Below the pieces are notes generated by a model, which did no database searches, was not told the DNA's origin, and was given only the letters and a program-made list of their open reading frames with translations. From Myxococcales bacterium (GTDB lineage Bacteria; Myxococcota_A; Polyangia; Fen-1088): a stretch of 64,000 nt of DNA. Of the stretch, positions 1 through 8,815 are shown piece by piece. The stretch spans positions 1,430 through 65,429 of the forward strand of contig JANNNO010000415.1 in assembly GCA_031398585.1 (NCBI GenBank), read 5' to 3'. The stretch's first letter is position 1; each line of letters begins with the position of its first letter. The translations under genes and the position numbers were made by a program.

Positions 1-334
1 CCGCATTGGCAAAGGCGCAAGCGACGCCGCAACGACCGCAGTTGGAGGGATCGGTGTTGAGCTCGAAGGTCTCGTCGATGACGCCATCACAGTCGTCGTC
101 CCGCTCGTTGCAGATCTCGGCCCGCACGACGCAATTGGGTTCGACCTCGACCAGCGGCGCGTCCCCACCCTGACCAAAATCGGGATCCGCAATTCGATCG
201 GGCGTCGCCACATCGCTGACAGCGGCGTCGAGCTCCGCCGCGATCGGCACCGTGCGCTGATTGCACGCCATGAGCGTCAGCAGAACGCCGAGACCGATCG
301 TTCGCGCGGCAGCGACCATGGTCCGGTCCCGCAT
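1..334 (-). CDS. 5' part of a lipoprotein gene carrying a myxobacterial-type Cys-rich repeat; the gene continues beyond the window start
   Basis: My own translation of the minus strand from ATG at 334 gives MRDRTMVAAARTIGLGVLLTLMAC (lipobox) NQRT...RAEICNERDDDCDGVIDETFELNTDPSNCGRCGVACAFANA. It starts 24 nt downstream of the stop of the 358-3759 gene. It is absent from the ORF track because it runs off the window. Confidence 0.55.
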   Translation of the reverse strand, partial: MRDRTMVAAARTIGLGVLLTLMACNQRTVPIAAELDAAVSDVATPDRIADPDFGQGGDAPLVEVEPNCVVRAEICNERDDDCDGVIDETFELNTDPSNCGRCGVACAFANA

Positions 335-357
335 ACCCCGACCGCCGCGCCCCTCGC

Positions 358-3300
358 TCATCGCCGCCTCCGTCGCGCCAGCGCGATCCCCAGGCCGATC
401 ACCACGAAAGCGAGCGTGCCTTCCGAATCCCTGCCGCGCGAGCCGAGCTCGCACGCGCACCCGCTACCGCCGGCCGAGATCTCGCGCGCCACCCGGCAGT
501 CGGCGAGACCATCGGGCCGCACCAGGCAGGTCTGGCCCGCCGCGCAGACGGTCACCGCGCAGGGGTCCGCCGTGCACGTCGATTGCCCGGGCACACACGC
601 CAGCCCGCGCAGACACGTGATTGAGGCGCAGGGATCCGGGCGGCAAACGCCGTCCTTACCGTCGCAGGTCTCGCCCGGCCCACAGCGACGTCCGGTGCAC
701 GCATCGGGAACGCAGTCGCCATCGCGACAGGTCTGACCGTCGTCGCAGCTGACCCCCGTACAGCCGCGCACACACGCGCCGTCACGACAGTACTGGCCCG
801 CGCCGCAGGTCTTGCCCGTGCAGGGATGAGCCACGCAGGTGTCCTCCGCGATGCCGCTGGCGCTGGCGCTGGTCCGCCGGCAGATCTGCCCCTCGGGGCA
901 GCCGCGCAGAAGGCAGCTTGTGCATTCACCGTTGTCGCAGCGGCTCTGCGCCGGGCAGCTCACGCCCTCGCAGCGATCGACACAGCCGCGTTTGGGATCA
1001 CAACGAAAACCCGCCGCGCACGGCGTGCGAACACAGGCGACGAAACGGCACAGGCCCGCTTGGCACAACCGATTGGAGGAACAGTCGGGATCGCCGGTCT
1101 GACCGCAGCGAGCGACGCACTCGTCGTCGGCGCAGCCCTGCCCGTCGGGGCATGGCGCCTGATCGTCGATCTGACCATCGCAGTCGTTGTCCTTGCCATC
1201 GCAGATCTCGGCTGCGGGACCAACGCCGCCCCGGCAGGCGAAACGCGCGCCGCCCGAGTCGGCAATGCATGTGTTCGCTCCCGGACGGCATTCACCGCGG
1301 ATGGGCGTACCGAGCGGCAGATCCGGCGCAGGGCATGGCCCGGGCGGATTGACGCCCTCGTCGGTGGTGCCGTCGCAGTCGTCGTCGGCGCCGTTACAGG
1401 CCTCGGCGATCGGCTCGGTGCCGCCCTCGCAGAACTTGCCGCCGCCGACACAACGAAGAATGCCGGGGCGGCAGCTACCGACCTCGGAGCCGCACGCGGT
1501 CGGCGTCTGCAGCTCGGGGTCGAGGGGGCTCTCGTCGGTCTCCCCGTCGCAGTCGTTGTCCTTGCCGTCGCACAGCTCGGGCAGCGGTCCCGCGGTCTGC
1601 TCGCAGACGGCGACGTCGCGCTCGCAACGATAGCGCCCGGGGCGACATTCGCCGCGCACGGCGCCGCAAGCGCCCGGCAAGTTGTCGATCTGCGCGTCGC
1701 AGTCGTCGTCGGCGCCGTTGCAGATCTCGTCCGCCGGGCCCGCACCGCCCTCACAGCGAAGAACGCCGCCGGCGCACGCACGCACCCCGGCGCGGCAGGG
1801 AAGCGGCTTGCCAAGCCCAGGACCACACGACTCGCCGATGCCGAAGCCCTCGTCGATCTGGCCATCGCAGTCGTTGTCGATCCCGTCGCAGGCCAGCTCG
1901 GTCGCCGGTGTGACCGATCCCGTACAAGGTCCGCAAACTCCGGCGCTGCAGGTGGCGATACCGGTCTCGCAGGCCCCCGTGCAGGTCCAGCGCGCGGTCG
2001 AGGATCCGCCGCAGGTCAGCGGCGCCGAATCGAGCGTGCAGCCGGGGGTTCCGCTTGGGAAACAGGCGACGCCGAAACCATCGACGATGCCGTCGCAGTC
2101 GTTGTCCTTGCCGTCGCAAAGCTCGGGTACCGGTTGCGTGCCGCCCATGCAGACCGACCGTCGACCACCGGCGCCGTCGTCCACGCAGGAGGTGACACCG
2201 GGACGGCACTCGCCGATCTCGAGGCCGCAGCGCTGCGAGACCAGATCGTCGATCTTGCCGTTGCAGTCGTCATCGAGGCCATTGCAGCTCTCGGGTTTCG
2301 CCGCGCACGCGCACGACATGTTCTCGTCGGCGACGCCGTCGCAATCGTCGTCGGCGCAATCCTCGGCGGTGGGCGCCTCGCACCCCGGGGCGGCGCCACA
2401 CGCTTCGAGCATCGGCGCGCCGGCCGATAGCGCCGTGGCGGGACAGACCCCCGACGCGCCCGCCGTGCAGACGAGGCCCTTGCCGTCGGCGCTGCAACCC
2501 CAGCGACCGCTCCGTTTGCAGCGACCGACGCCGATCGAACAGGCCTCCCCCTTCTGCCTGAACGTCTCGTCGATGGCTCCGTCGCAGGTGTTGTCCTGGC
2601 AGTCGCAGGTCTCGGTCGGGATGGAGCCGGCGATGATGTCGCCAAGCCGCGCGGTGAGCTCGGCCTGATCGTTGGCGATGAGTGCCGAGCCCGTGCCACC
2701 CGAGGCCGCGATGGCGTTGAGCCGAGGATCGTCGACGGTGAACCCGACCACGTACGTACGAACCTTCACCCGCTGCGTGCCAAACGGCTCGCCGGCGATC
2801 TCACAGCGGCGCAAGCTCGCGTTCCAGATGCCGTCGTTGGTGCAGCTGTTGAACAGCAGGTCGGCGGCGCGCGCGGCGGCGATGCGGCAGTTGTTCACGC
2901 ACTGGTCGACCTCCAGGCCGTCGGTGATCAGGATCACGTTGTACGAACGGCAGCTGGCGCGATCGTCGCGGTTGACGACGCCGGCGCCGGGGCCGACCGT
3001 GCTGGCGTCGTTGACCAGCCAGTCGCGCACGGCGTGCAACGCCCCGCCGATCGGCGTGGTGCCCGATGCGCGCAGCTCCTGATTGGTCCCTTGCGGGAAG
3101 TCCTCGCGGTTGTCGATCCAGCTCTCGAGTCCGGCCAGGTTCGATGACCCCGCGCCGGGGAACGGCACCACGACGTCACCGGCGAGCCCGGCTCCTTGCG
3201 ACGTCGGCGATCCCGCGGGACAGCAGGCCGACCCGTTGTAAAAGACATGCGTCGGATCGCCATCGGGATCCGCACAACGGACGCAACCGGGTCCATTGCG

Positions 3301-3759
3301 GCATTCGTTGTAATCCGGTGAGTTGTTCGAAATGGAAAACCCGCAGCGTCCCCCGACGCAAACATTGGCGCCGAGGCCCATCTGCGAGCAGGCGCCGGTG
3401 CTACCGCAGGTCTGGCCCAAGGTCGTCTGTCGGTAGCGGGCCAGAGAAAACTCCGCCGAGCCGAACGCGAGCAAGGTGTCGCGCAAAGAGGCCTTGGCGC
3501 CGAACATCTTGCTGTCGTCGTAAAGACCATTGCCGTCGATGTCGCAGCCGGGATGCTCGCGCGAGCCGTCGCCATGGGTAGCGGTCTGGGCCACGTTCTG
3601 AGCCATCGACCCCGATGTGTCGACGAGGATCACGAAACGCGGTTTGACCGTCTCCGCCTGCGCGCCGGTGGCAAGCACCGAGCACGCGGCCAACAGGCCA
3701 AAGGCGACCAGAGCCGCCGGGGAGGGACGTGAGAGAACGAGGCGGCGAAAAGACTTCAT
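358..3759 (-). CDS. Secreted VWA-domain protein with nine CxGxDxDCDG cysteine-rich modules, a further Cys-rich region and a MYXO-CTERM-type sorting tail
   Basis: 1133-aa ORF. Signal peptide ...AFGLLAACSVLATGAQA. MIDAS-type VILVDTSGSM and VILITDG of a VWA fold. Modules include CDGKDNDCDGIVD, CDGIDNDCDGQIDE and CNGADDDCDGTTDE. The tail GGSGCAC...LAFVVIGLGIALARRRRR is a Cys motif plus TM helix plus Arg cluster. Confidence 0.85.
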   Translation of the reverse strand: MKSFRRLVLSRPSPAALVAFGLLAACSVLATGAQAETVKPRFVILVDTSGSMAQNVAQTATHGDGSREHPGCDIDGNGLYDDSKMFGAKASLRDTLLAFGSAEFSLARYRQTTLGQTCGSTGACSQMGLGANVCVGGRCGFSISNNSPDYNECRNGPGCVRCADPDGDPTHVFYNGSACCPAGSPTSQGAGLAGDVVVPFPGAGSSNLAGLESWIDNREDFPQGTNQELRASGTTPIGGALHAVRDWLVNDASTVGPGAGVVNRDDRASCRSYNVILITDGLEVDQCVNNCRIAAARAADLLFNSCTNDGIWNASLRRCEIAGEPFGTQRVKVRTYVVGFTVDDPRLNAIAASGGTGSALIANDQAELTARLGDIIAGSIPTETCDCQDNTCDGAIDETFRQKGEACSIGVGRCKRSGRWGCSADGKGLVCTAGASGVCPATALSAGAPMLEACGAAPGCEAPTAEDCADDDCDGVADENMSCACAAKPESCNGLDDDCNGKIDDLVSQRCGLEIGECRPGVTSCVDDGAGGRRSVCMGGTQPVPELCDGKDNDCDGIVDGFGVACFPSGTPGCTLDSAPLTCGGSSTARWTCTGACETGIATCSAGVCGPCTGSVTPATELACDGIDNDCDGQIDEGFGIGESCGPGLGKPLPCRAGVRACAGGVLRCEGGAGPADEICNGADDDCDAQIDNLPGACGAVRGECRPGRYRCERDVAVCEQTAGPLPELCDGKDNDCDGETDESPLDPELQTPTACGSEVGSCRPGILRCVGGGKFCEGGTEPIAEACNGADDDCDGTTDEGVNPPGPCPAPDLPLGTPIRGECRPGANTCIADSGGARFACRGGVGPAAEICDGKDNDCDGQIDDQAPCPDGQGCADDECVARCGQTGDPDCSSNRLCQAGLCRFVACVRTPCAAGFRCDPKRGCVDRCEGVSCPAQSRCDNGECTSCLLRGCPEGQICRRTSASASGIAEDTCVAHPCTGKTCGAGQYCRDGACVRGCTGVSCDDGQTCRDGDCVPDACTGRRCGPGETCDGKDGVCRPDPCASITCLRGLACVPGQSTCTADPCAVTVCAAGQTCLVRPDGLADCRVAREISAGGSGCACELGSRGRDSEGTLAFVVIGLGIALARRRRR
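1150..2607 (-). repeat. Coding repeat region: nine diverged ~55-60-aa Cys-rich modules (CxGxDxDCDGxxDE...)
   Basis: Residues ~385-870 of the 358-3759 protein. Three modules are encoded by near-identical ~30-nt segments (gtcgcagtcgttgtccttgcc[a/g]tcgca) at about 1181, 1541 and 2091 on the plus strand. Confidence 0.7.
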
Positions 3760-4067
3760 GGTCGAATCGCGACCTCCATCACGGCGAGGGGCGAGAGTTC
3801 ACTGTCCCACAGTTTGGAGAGGGCGGAAATTGCGTTCCGGCCGCGACCGCTTTCGGAGATAGTTTGCCCATGAATCGAGCCTGGCCCTCAGTGTTGCTGC
3901 CGGATCCGAATGCGCGGCAGCCGCTTTCGACCATCAACGGGACGAAAATGGCAGACCGGAAAACGCCGGGCGCGAAATTGCCAAGCTCGCAATGGATGGG
4001 CGGGACGTCCACCCGGATGGCCAGTCGGGAACACTCCCATTCCGCCCGCAGACATCGGGCCCGTCCG

Positions 4068-5006
4068 ATGGGGATCGCGACTTTGGTGGTGACGATTCTG
4101 TGCCATGGCGCCGCTGCAAGCTTCGCGCAGACGCCGCCGCCCGCGCAGCAGCCCTATCCCGGCCAGCCGCCCGCGCAGCAGCCTTATCCCGGCCAGCCGC
4201 CCGCGCAGCAGCCTTATCCCGGCCAGGCACCCGCGCAGCAGCCTTATCCCGGCCAGGCGCCGCCGGCACAACAGCCCTATCCCGGGCAAGCTCCGCCGCC
4301 ACAGCAGCCGTATCCGGCGCCGCAGCCTGCGCCCTATCCCGGTGGTCCGCCCCCGGGGGCCCCGACGACGCCGCCGCCTCCCGCGCCCTATCCTCCGTCC
4401 GGCCCGCCGCCTCCCTACCCGCCCGCGCCCGAACCTTCGCCCGAGCCGACCCCGATTCCGACCGAGGAACTCCCCGAAGCCGGGCACGGTCTCACGCCCA
4501 CGCGCGGCCGCTACTATTCGATGCCGCCCGAGTACCAGCATCGCCTCGACCGCCGCGGGCTCGCGGTGCAGATCGGGCTTGGGGCGGGAGGCCTCTTCGA
4601 CGAGGAGGATGGCAACTTCGGCCTCGGCTACAACATCGCCGTCGGCGGCGTGCTGACGCCGAGTCTGGCTGTGCTGTTCGAGTACCAGTCACTCACCTTC
4701 GGCACCGGGGGTGAGTCGCGAGCCACGCACGCGGTCTTCGGCGGGATCTTCAACGTGTTCCTGACCGACATCTTCTGGTTGAAGGTGGGCGCGGGCCTGG
4801 GGCAGCTGTCGCTCAAGGACAACTGGGGCTTTTCCTTCAACGCGACCGAACGCGCCTTTGCCGGCATCGCGGGTCTCGGCGTCGAGGTCTATCAACTGCA
4901 GCCCGACTTCGCGATCGATCTGTCGCTGCGCGCCGGTGGCGGCAAATACAGCCAAGCCGGCTGGCTGATCAACGGCATGGTCATGGTCGGCATCAACTTC
5001 TATTGA
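4068..5006 (+). CDS. Proline-rich-repeat protein with a C-terminal outer-membrane beta-barrel-like domain
   Basis: Track ORF 3729-5006. I prefer ATG 4068, which gives the signal peptide MGIATLVVTILCHGAAASFAQ; ATG 4017 is also possible. Six PPAQQPYPGQ-type decapeptides are followed by a Pro-rich linker. The C-terminal ~170 aa alternate hydrophobic and polar residues and end in ...MVMVGINFY, an aromatic terminal residue typical of OM barrels. Confidence 0.6.
   Translation: MGIATLVVTILCHGAAASFAQTPPPAQQPYPGQPPAQQPYPGQPPAQQPYPGQAPAQQPYPGQAPPAQQPYPGQAPPPQQPYPAPQPAPYPGGPPPGAPTTPPPPAPYPPSGPPPPYPPAPEPSPEPTPIPTEELPEAGHGLTPTRGRYYSMPPEYQHRLDRRGLAVQIGLGAGGLFDEEDGNFGLGYNIAVGGVLTPSLAVLFEYQSLTFGTGGESRATHAVFGGIFNVFLTDIFWLKVGAGLGQLSLKDNWGFSFNATERAFAGIAGLGVEVYQLQPDFAIDLSLRAGGGKYSQAGWLINGMVMVGINFY
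4137..4320 (+). repeat. In-frame 30-bp tandem repeat (about 6 units) encoding PPAQQPYPGQ
   Basis: Units start at 4137, 4167, 4197 and 4227, with a 33-nt unit at 4257 and a degenerate unit at 4290. The first three units differ only at a synonymous ccc/cct position. Confidence 0.9.
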
Positions 5007-5041
5007 TCCCGATCACGGGGCCGGGGGGTATCGTGCCCGCC

Positions 5042-5506
5042 ATGGCGAACCTCAGCGACGAGTACGGAACGGCCGAGGCCCCCAGCAGCGCCGAAGCGGT
5101 CCCCTCCTTGTCACCGGCAGCGCTCACGGCGCTGGTGCAGACCCAGCCCTGGGTGCGGCTGTTTGCCATCCTCGCCTTCCTCCTCACCGGGTTGTCGTTG
5201 CTCGTCTTGATCGTCACCACAGGCATCTTGGCCACGGGTGACAAAGCCAAGCCCTCCGGTTTCCTCATGCTGATTCCCTTGACCGCCCTCATCGCCGGCT
5301 ATATCCCGCCCGCGATCTTCCTCTGGCGCTACGCCGAGGGCTTGCAGCACCTGCGGCGGGGGGGAGGAGAAGCCGCGCTCGAACGGGCGTTGAAGAACCA
5401 GAAAAGCTTCTGGAAGTACGTCGGCATTCTGGCCTGCGTGATGGCCGCCCTCTACGCCCTGTTGTTCCTCTTCGGCTTCTCGGCTGGCCTGCTCAAGAAC
5501 CGCTGA
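5042..5506 (+). CDS. Small integral membrane protein (3 predicted TM helices), function unknown
   Basis: Track ORF 5003-5506; ATG 5042 gives MANLSDEY. Predicted TM helices are WVRLFAILAFLLTGLSLLVLIV, FLMLIPLTALIAGYIPPAIFLW and YVGILACVMAALYALLFLFGF. The layout resembles DUF5362-type proteins (recollection, unverified). Confidence 0.55.
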   Translation: MANLSDEYGTAEAPSSAEAVPSLSPAALTALVQTQPWVRLFAILAFLLTGLSLLVLIVTTGILATGDKAKPSGFLMLIPLTALIAGYIPPAIFLWRYAEGLQHLRRGGGEAALERALKNQKSFWKYVGILACVMAALYALLFLFGFSAGLLKNR

Positions 5507-5612
5507 CGGTCGCGAGGTCGCGCGCAGTCCGCAGGCGAAGGCAGCAGCGACATCGATGGCAACTCAGCCCGCGGACATGGACGCGGCGGCGAGGCAGACC
5601 CGGATTCGGCGG

Positions 5613-6407
5613 ATGTCAGCAGCGATGGCACTGAGCATGGCAGCGGCGCTAGCGCTGACGGCAGGGGCATGTCGGAGAGGATCGCCGCCCCCGGCGGCCC
5701 CGGCGGTGAGCGGCGAAGTCATCGCTCGCGACGATTTCGAAAGCGAGACTCTATCGGAGCACTGGGAGACCAAGCGCTTCCTTCCGGGCGCCGTACGCGT
5801 GCAGGGGCAGGTCCTGCGCTCGGGAGCCGGCGCGGCCGAGATCGTCTTGCGCGCCGGCGATCAGATCCCGAGCGAACGGGGGACCGAACTCGAACGCGCC
5901 GAGCTCGAGGAGGCGACAACTCTCCGATCGCAGTCGGAGCTCGGCTACGAGTTCTGGTTCAGCTTGCGGCTCCCCGCCGACTTCCCCGTCGTGGACACAC
6001 GACTGGTTCTGGCGCAGTGGAAGCAGGCCTGCCCCGTCGCCAGCTGCACGCCCAACAATCCCAATCTGGCCGTGCGCTACCAGAACGGTGAGCTGCTTCT
6101 CGCCTTGCAGACCACTGACCGCAAACAGGTGCTCTGGCGGACCCGGCAAGAGATTCGAGGCCGCTGGCTCGACTTTCGCGTTCGCGTTCGCTTTTCGCCT
6201 TCGGACCGCGGGCGCGTGCAGGCATGGCTAGGAAGCGAGAGAATCGCTGACCACCAGGGTCCCACGGCTTACCCGCCCACCGGCGGCCACATCAGCGGCG
6301 GGACGTTCTACTTCAAGATGGGCCTTTACCGCGATCGCATGCCAGCGACGATGACGGTGTTCATCGACGACTACGCCAAGCGGGCGCTTCGGTCGCAGGA
6401 CTTCTAA
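5613..6407 (+). CDS. Lipoprotein with a polysaccharide-lyase-like (heparin-lyase-I/PL20-type jelly-roll) domain
   Basis: Track ORF 5556-6407; ATG 5613 gives the lipobox MSAAMALSMAAALALTAGAC. The pattern ERAELE...WFSLRLPADFP...LAQWKQ...PNLAVRYQNGELLLAL...WLDFRVRVRFS...FYFKMGLYR matches my recollection of Pfam Polysacc_lyase (PF14099). Confidence 0.55.
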   Translation: MSAAMALSMAAALALTAGACRRGSPPPAAPAVSGEVIARDDFESETLSEHWETKRFLPGAVRVQGQVLRSGAGAAEIVLRAGDQIPSERGTELERAELEEATTLRSQSELGYEFWFSLRLPADFPVVDTRLVLAQWKQACPVASCTPNNPNLAVRYQNGELLLALQTTDRKQVLWRTRQEIRGRWLDFRVRVRFSPSDRGRVQAWLGSERIADHQGPTAYPPTGGHISGGTFYFKMGLYRDRMPATMTVFIDDYAKRALRSQDF

Positions 6408-6417
6408 GCGCGGCCGT

Positions 6418-8808
6418 TCAGCGCGCGCGGCGACCGAGCCAGTAGAGAAGGCCGGCAAAGGCAACGACGAGCGTGAACATGAGGACGCCGCCGCCGAAGC
6501 TGCGGCTGGTGGCCCCCGTGATCGCGTAGAGCAGGCACGACGGCGCGGCACCAAGCACGCTCGCGATCATCATGCGGCTCCACGACAGGGGAGAGGCGCC
6601 GGCCAGGATCGCCAGGGTCTCGGCCAGCAGGGGCAAAGGACGCGTGATGACGATGGCGAGGGCTCCCCAGCGGGCCAGCAGCTGATCCGCGCGCGCGGCC
6701 TCGGAGGGCGTCACGAGGCGCAGGAGCAGACGGCGGCTGCGGCGGCCGATGGCAAAACCGAGCGCGGCGGCGCCGAGGCTTCCCGCCAGCGAAAGCGCCG
6801 CTCCGGACGCGATGCCGAACAGGGCGCCGTTACCGATCATGATCACGCTCGAGGGGACGGGAATGAAGACATCGGCGACCAGCAAGCCCAGCGAGATCGC
6901 CGCCGCTACCGCTCCCCCGCCGTCGCGCTGCCGAGTCATTTGCGAAGCCGCGTCTTTCAAAACGTCGAGGCCCAGCAGCTCGAAGACCATGAACAGCGCG
7001 AGAAAAAATCCGAGCAGCGCCAGGGTGAGAAAGAAGTACCGCCAGAGTCCACGGCCGGGCACGGGGTGCACCAGGTGATCGCCCGCCGGTGTTCGCTGCC
7101 GGATGGGACCAAGCCGTCGGACCAGAATCAGCAGACAGAGCCCCGCAACGACTCCCAGGTACCGCGCCCAGGCGTGCGGCGGCTCGAACCGGGCTTCGAT
7201 GCGCGCGGCTTTGAAGGCCGGCAGCTCGATGCTCATGCGCCCGTCCGGCAGCAGGCGGTCACGCACCGTCGCGTCAGGCACCGCAACTCCGTCGAGCATC
7301 ACTCGCCAGCCGGGCAAGTACATCTGGTTGATGACGACGGATCGGGCGGTGCCACTGGCAAGCGCGGTCAAGCGGATGGGATAGCCGGAGACGCCTTCGA
7401 CCTGCCCCGCGACGAGCTCGACGATGGGACGCGTCCCGAGCGGCGTGCTGGTCGTCGCGAGGAACTTCGATTCGAACTCGTTGCGTGCGGCAAAGGTCTC
7501 GGGCGAAAAGCGCGCTCGCTCGACCGCGCTCTGCACTGTGCGTTCCGCGTTGACCTGTCGCCACCGGGCCTGGAACTGCTCGGGCCGCCAGCCCGCCACG
7601 ATCAGCAACAGTCCCAGAAAAACGAGGAGCCGCTTTCTCGCCGTGGCATCGACGGCCTCGGCCCATCCGACCAGGAGCAAGGGAGCCAGCGCCGCCACCA
7701 CCGCCAGGCAGCGCCACGGAAACTGCATCATCGCCAGCCCCGGCAACTGCCACAGGAATGCGAAAGGCGTCGTCATGGCGAGGATCAGGACAAACGACGC
7801 GACCGCCGTGCCGCGAACAAGCCGATCCGACCAGCCATGCACCGCACCCATTACAAGACAGAGGATCGGCACCACACCGAGCTCGAACGACATTTCGTCG
7901 GGCGGCGTGCCTTCACTCGATCCCGCCCGTCCCCAGCTGCCGCCGAAGAGTTGCCACCACCTCACGGCGTGAAGGGGCGGCGCGAAACCATGCACGGCCG
8001 CGCGCTGCAGGTGCACGAACTCGTCGAGCGCCACGAAGGGCTGCCAGTAGGGGGTCGTCAGCGCGAGCGCTGCCAGCGCCGTCAGGCCGAGGCGCGCCGC
8101 CAGCCGCCAGTCGATCCCGGATGGCGCCGCAACGATCGAGAGCGCGACCATACCCAGAGCCAGCGCGAGGAGAATGCCGACGATGGGATGGGCCAAGAAG
8201 ACCGCCGCGGTGCTGATCGCCAGGCCGACGAACGACTTCACGCCGCCACGCGGGTCGCGCGAGATGGCGTGGAGGAAAACGAAAGGCCACGGGACCAAAC
8301 ACGACGCGAGCAGCTCACTGAGCGCCCCACGCACGAGCCAATCGACCCAGAGGTACGGGGAGAGAAGGAAGATCCCCGCGGCCAGCAAGCCGACCCGGCG
8401 GTCCACCCGCCCGACGAGGCGGTAAACGCCAAGGCACCCCAGCCACAGGCCGAGCGCGATGGTCGCCCACATGGCAGGAACCGCCGCGCCGAGCAGGAAG
8501 CGAAAGGGGAGCCAGAGAAAAAAGAGCAGCGGCGGATAGAAGACGAAGGTCGGGTATCCGTGACCTCCGTTGAGATGGGGCAGCCAGCGCGGCCAGAGCT
8601 GTCCGTCGATGAACGCCCGCCCGAAATGTTCGGCGAGCACCGGATACCGAATCGTCTCGTGCGTGCTTGGCCAGCTGCCGTCGCCGCCGTACAAGATCAC
8701 CAGCAGCGCCGGTACCACCATCAGGACGACATGGTCCCAACGTGGCGACATGAAAATTGTCTTCGCTGGTGACGGCGAAGCGGGCGAAGCGGGCGGGGTA
8801 CCTGACAC
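6418..8808 (-). CDS. Polytopic membrane protein: N-terminal GT-C/PMT/ArnT-like (PTPS-related-like) region fused to a C-terminal DedA/VTT (TVP38/TMEM64-like) domain
   Basis: 796-aa ORF; an alternative ATG lies at 8751. There are at least 12 hydrophobic helices and the motif NGGHGYPTFVFYPPLLFFLW in the first ~430 aa, followed by a soluble beta-rich segment. The last ~230 aa contain FIPVPSSVIMIGNGALFG...LGFAIGRRS...ITRPLPLLAETLAILAGASP, typical of the SNARE-associated/DedA fold. Confidence 0.75.
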   Translation of the reverse strand: MSGTPPASPASPSPAKTIFMSPRWDHVVLMVVPALLVILYGGDGSWPSTHETIRYPVLAEHFGRAFIDGQLWPRWLPHLNGGHGYPTFVFYPPLLFFLWLPFRFLLGAAVPAMWATIALGLWLGCLGVYRLVGRVDRRVGLLAAGIFLLSPYLWVDWLVRGALSELLASCLVPWPFVFLHAISRDPRGGVKSFVGLAISTAAVFLAHPIVGILLALALGMVALSIVAAPSGIDWRLAARLGLTALAALALTTPYWQPFVALDEFVHLQRAAVHGFAPPLHAVRWWQLFGGSWGRAGSSEGTPPDEMSFELGVVPILCLVMGAVHGWSDRLVRGTAVASFVLILAMTTPFAFLWQLPGLAMMQFPWRCLAVVAALAPLLLVGWAEAVDATARKRLLVFLGLLLIVAGWRPEQFQARWRQVNAERTVQSAVERARFSPETFAARNEFESKFLATTSTPLGTRPIVELVAGQVEGVSGYPIRLTALASGTARSVVINQMYLPGWRVMLDGVAVPDATVRDRLLPDGRMSIELPAFKAARIEARFEPPHAWARYLGVVAGLCLLILVRRLGPIRQRTPAGDHLVHPVPGRGLWRYFFLTLALLGFFLALFMVFELLGLDVLKDAASQMTRQRDGGGAVAAAISLGLLVADVFIPVPSSVIMIGNGALFGIASGAALSLAGSLGAAALGFAIGRRSRRLLLRLVTPSEAARADQLLARWGALAIVITRPLPLLAETLAILAGASPLSWSRMMIASVLGAAPSCLLYAITGATSRSFGGGVLMFTLVVAFAGLLYWLGRRAR

Positions 8809-8815
8809 TGTCTGG

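Noticed and set aside
826-2430. 534-aa plus-strand ORF (and several 100-300-aa ORFs) opposite the VWA/Cys-rich gene
   Set aside because: Ala/Arg/Gly-rich translation without motifs. The minus-strand frame has a signal peptide, MIDAS motif, regular Cys repeats and a sorting tail.
4137-4320. Possible CRISPR-like or non-coding repeat array
   Set aside because: The 30-bp units are contiguous with no spacers, are in frame, and encode a Pro-rich decapeptide inside an ORF. I saw no CRISPR array anywhere in the window.
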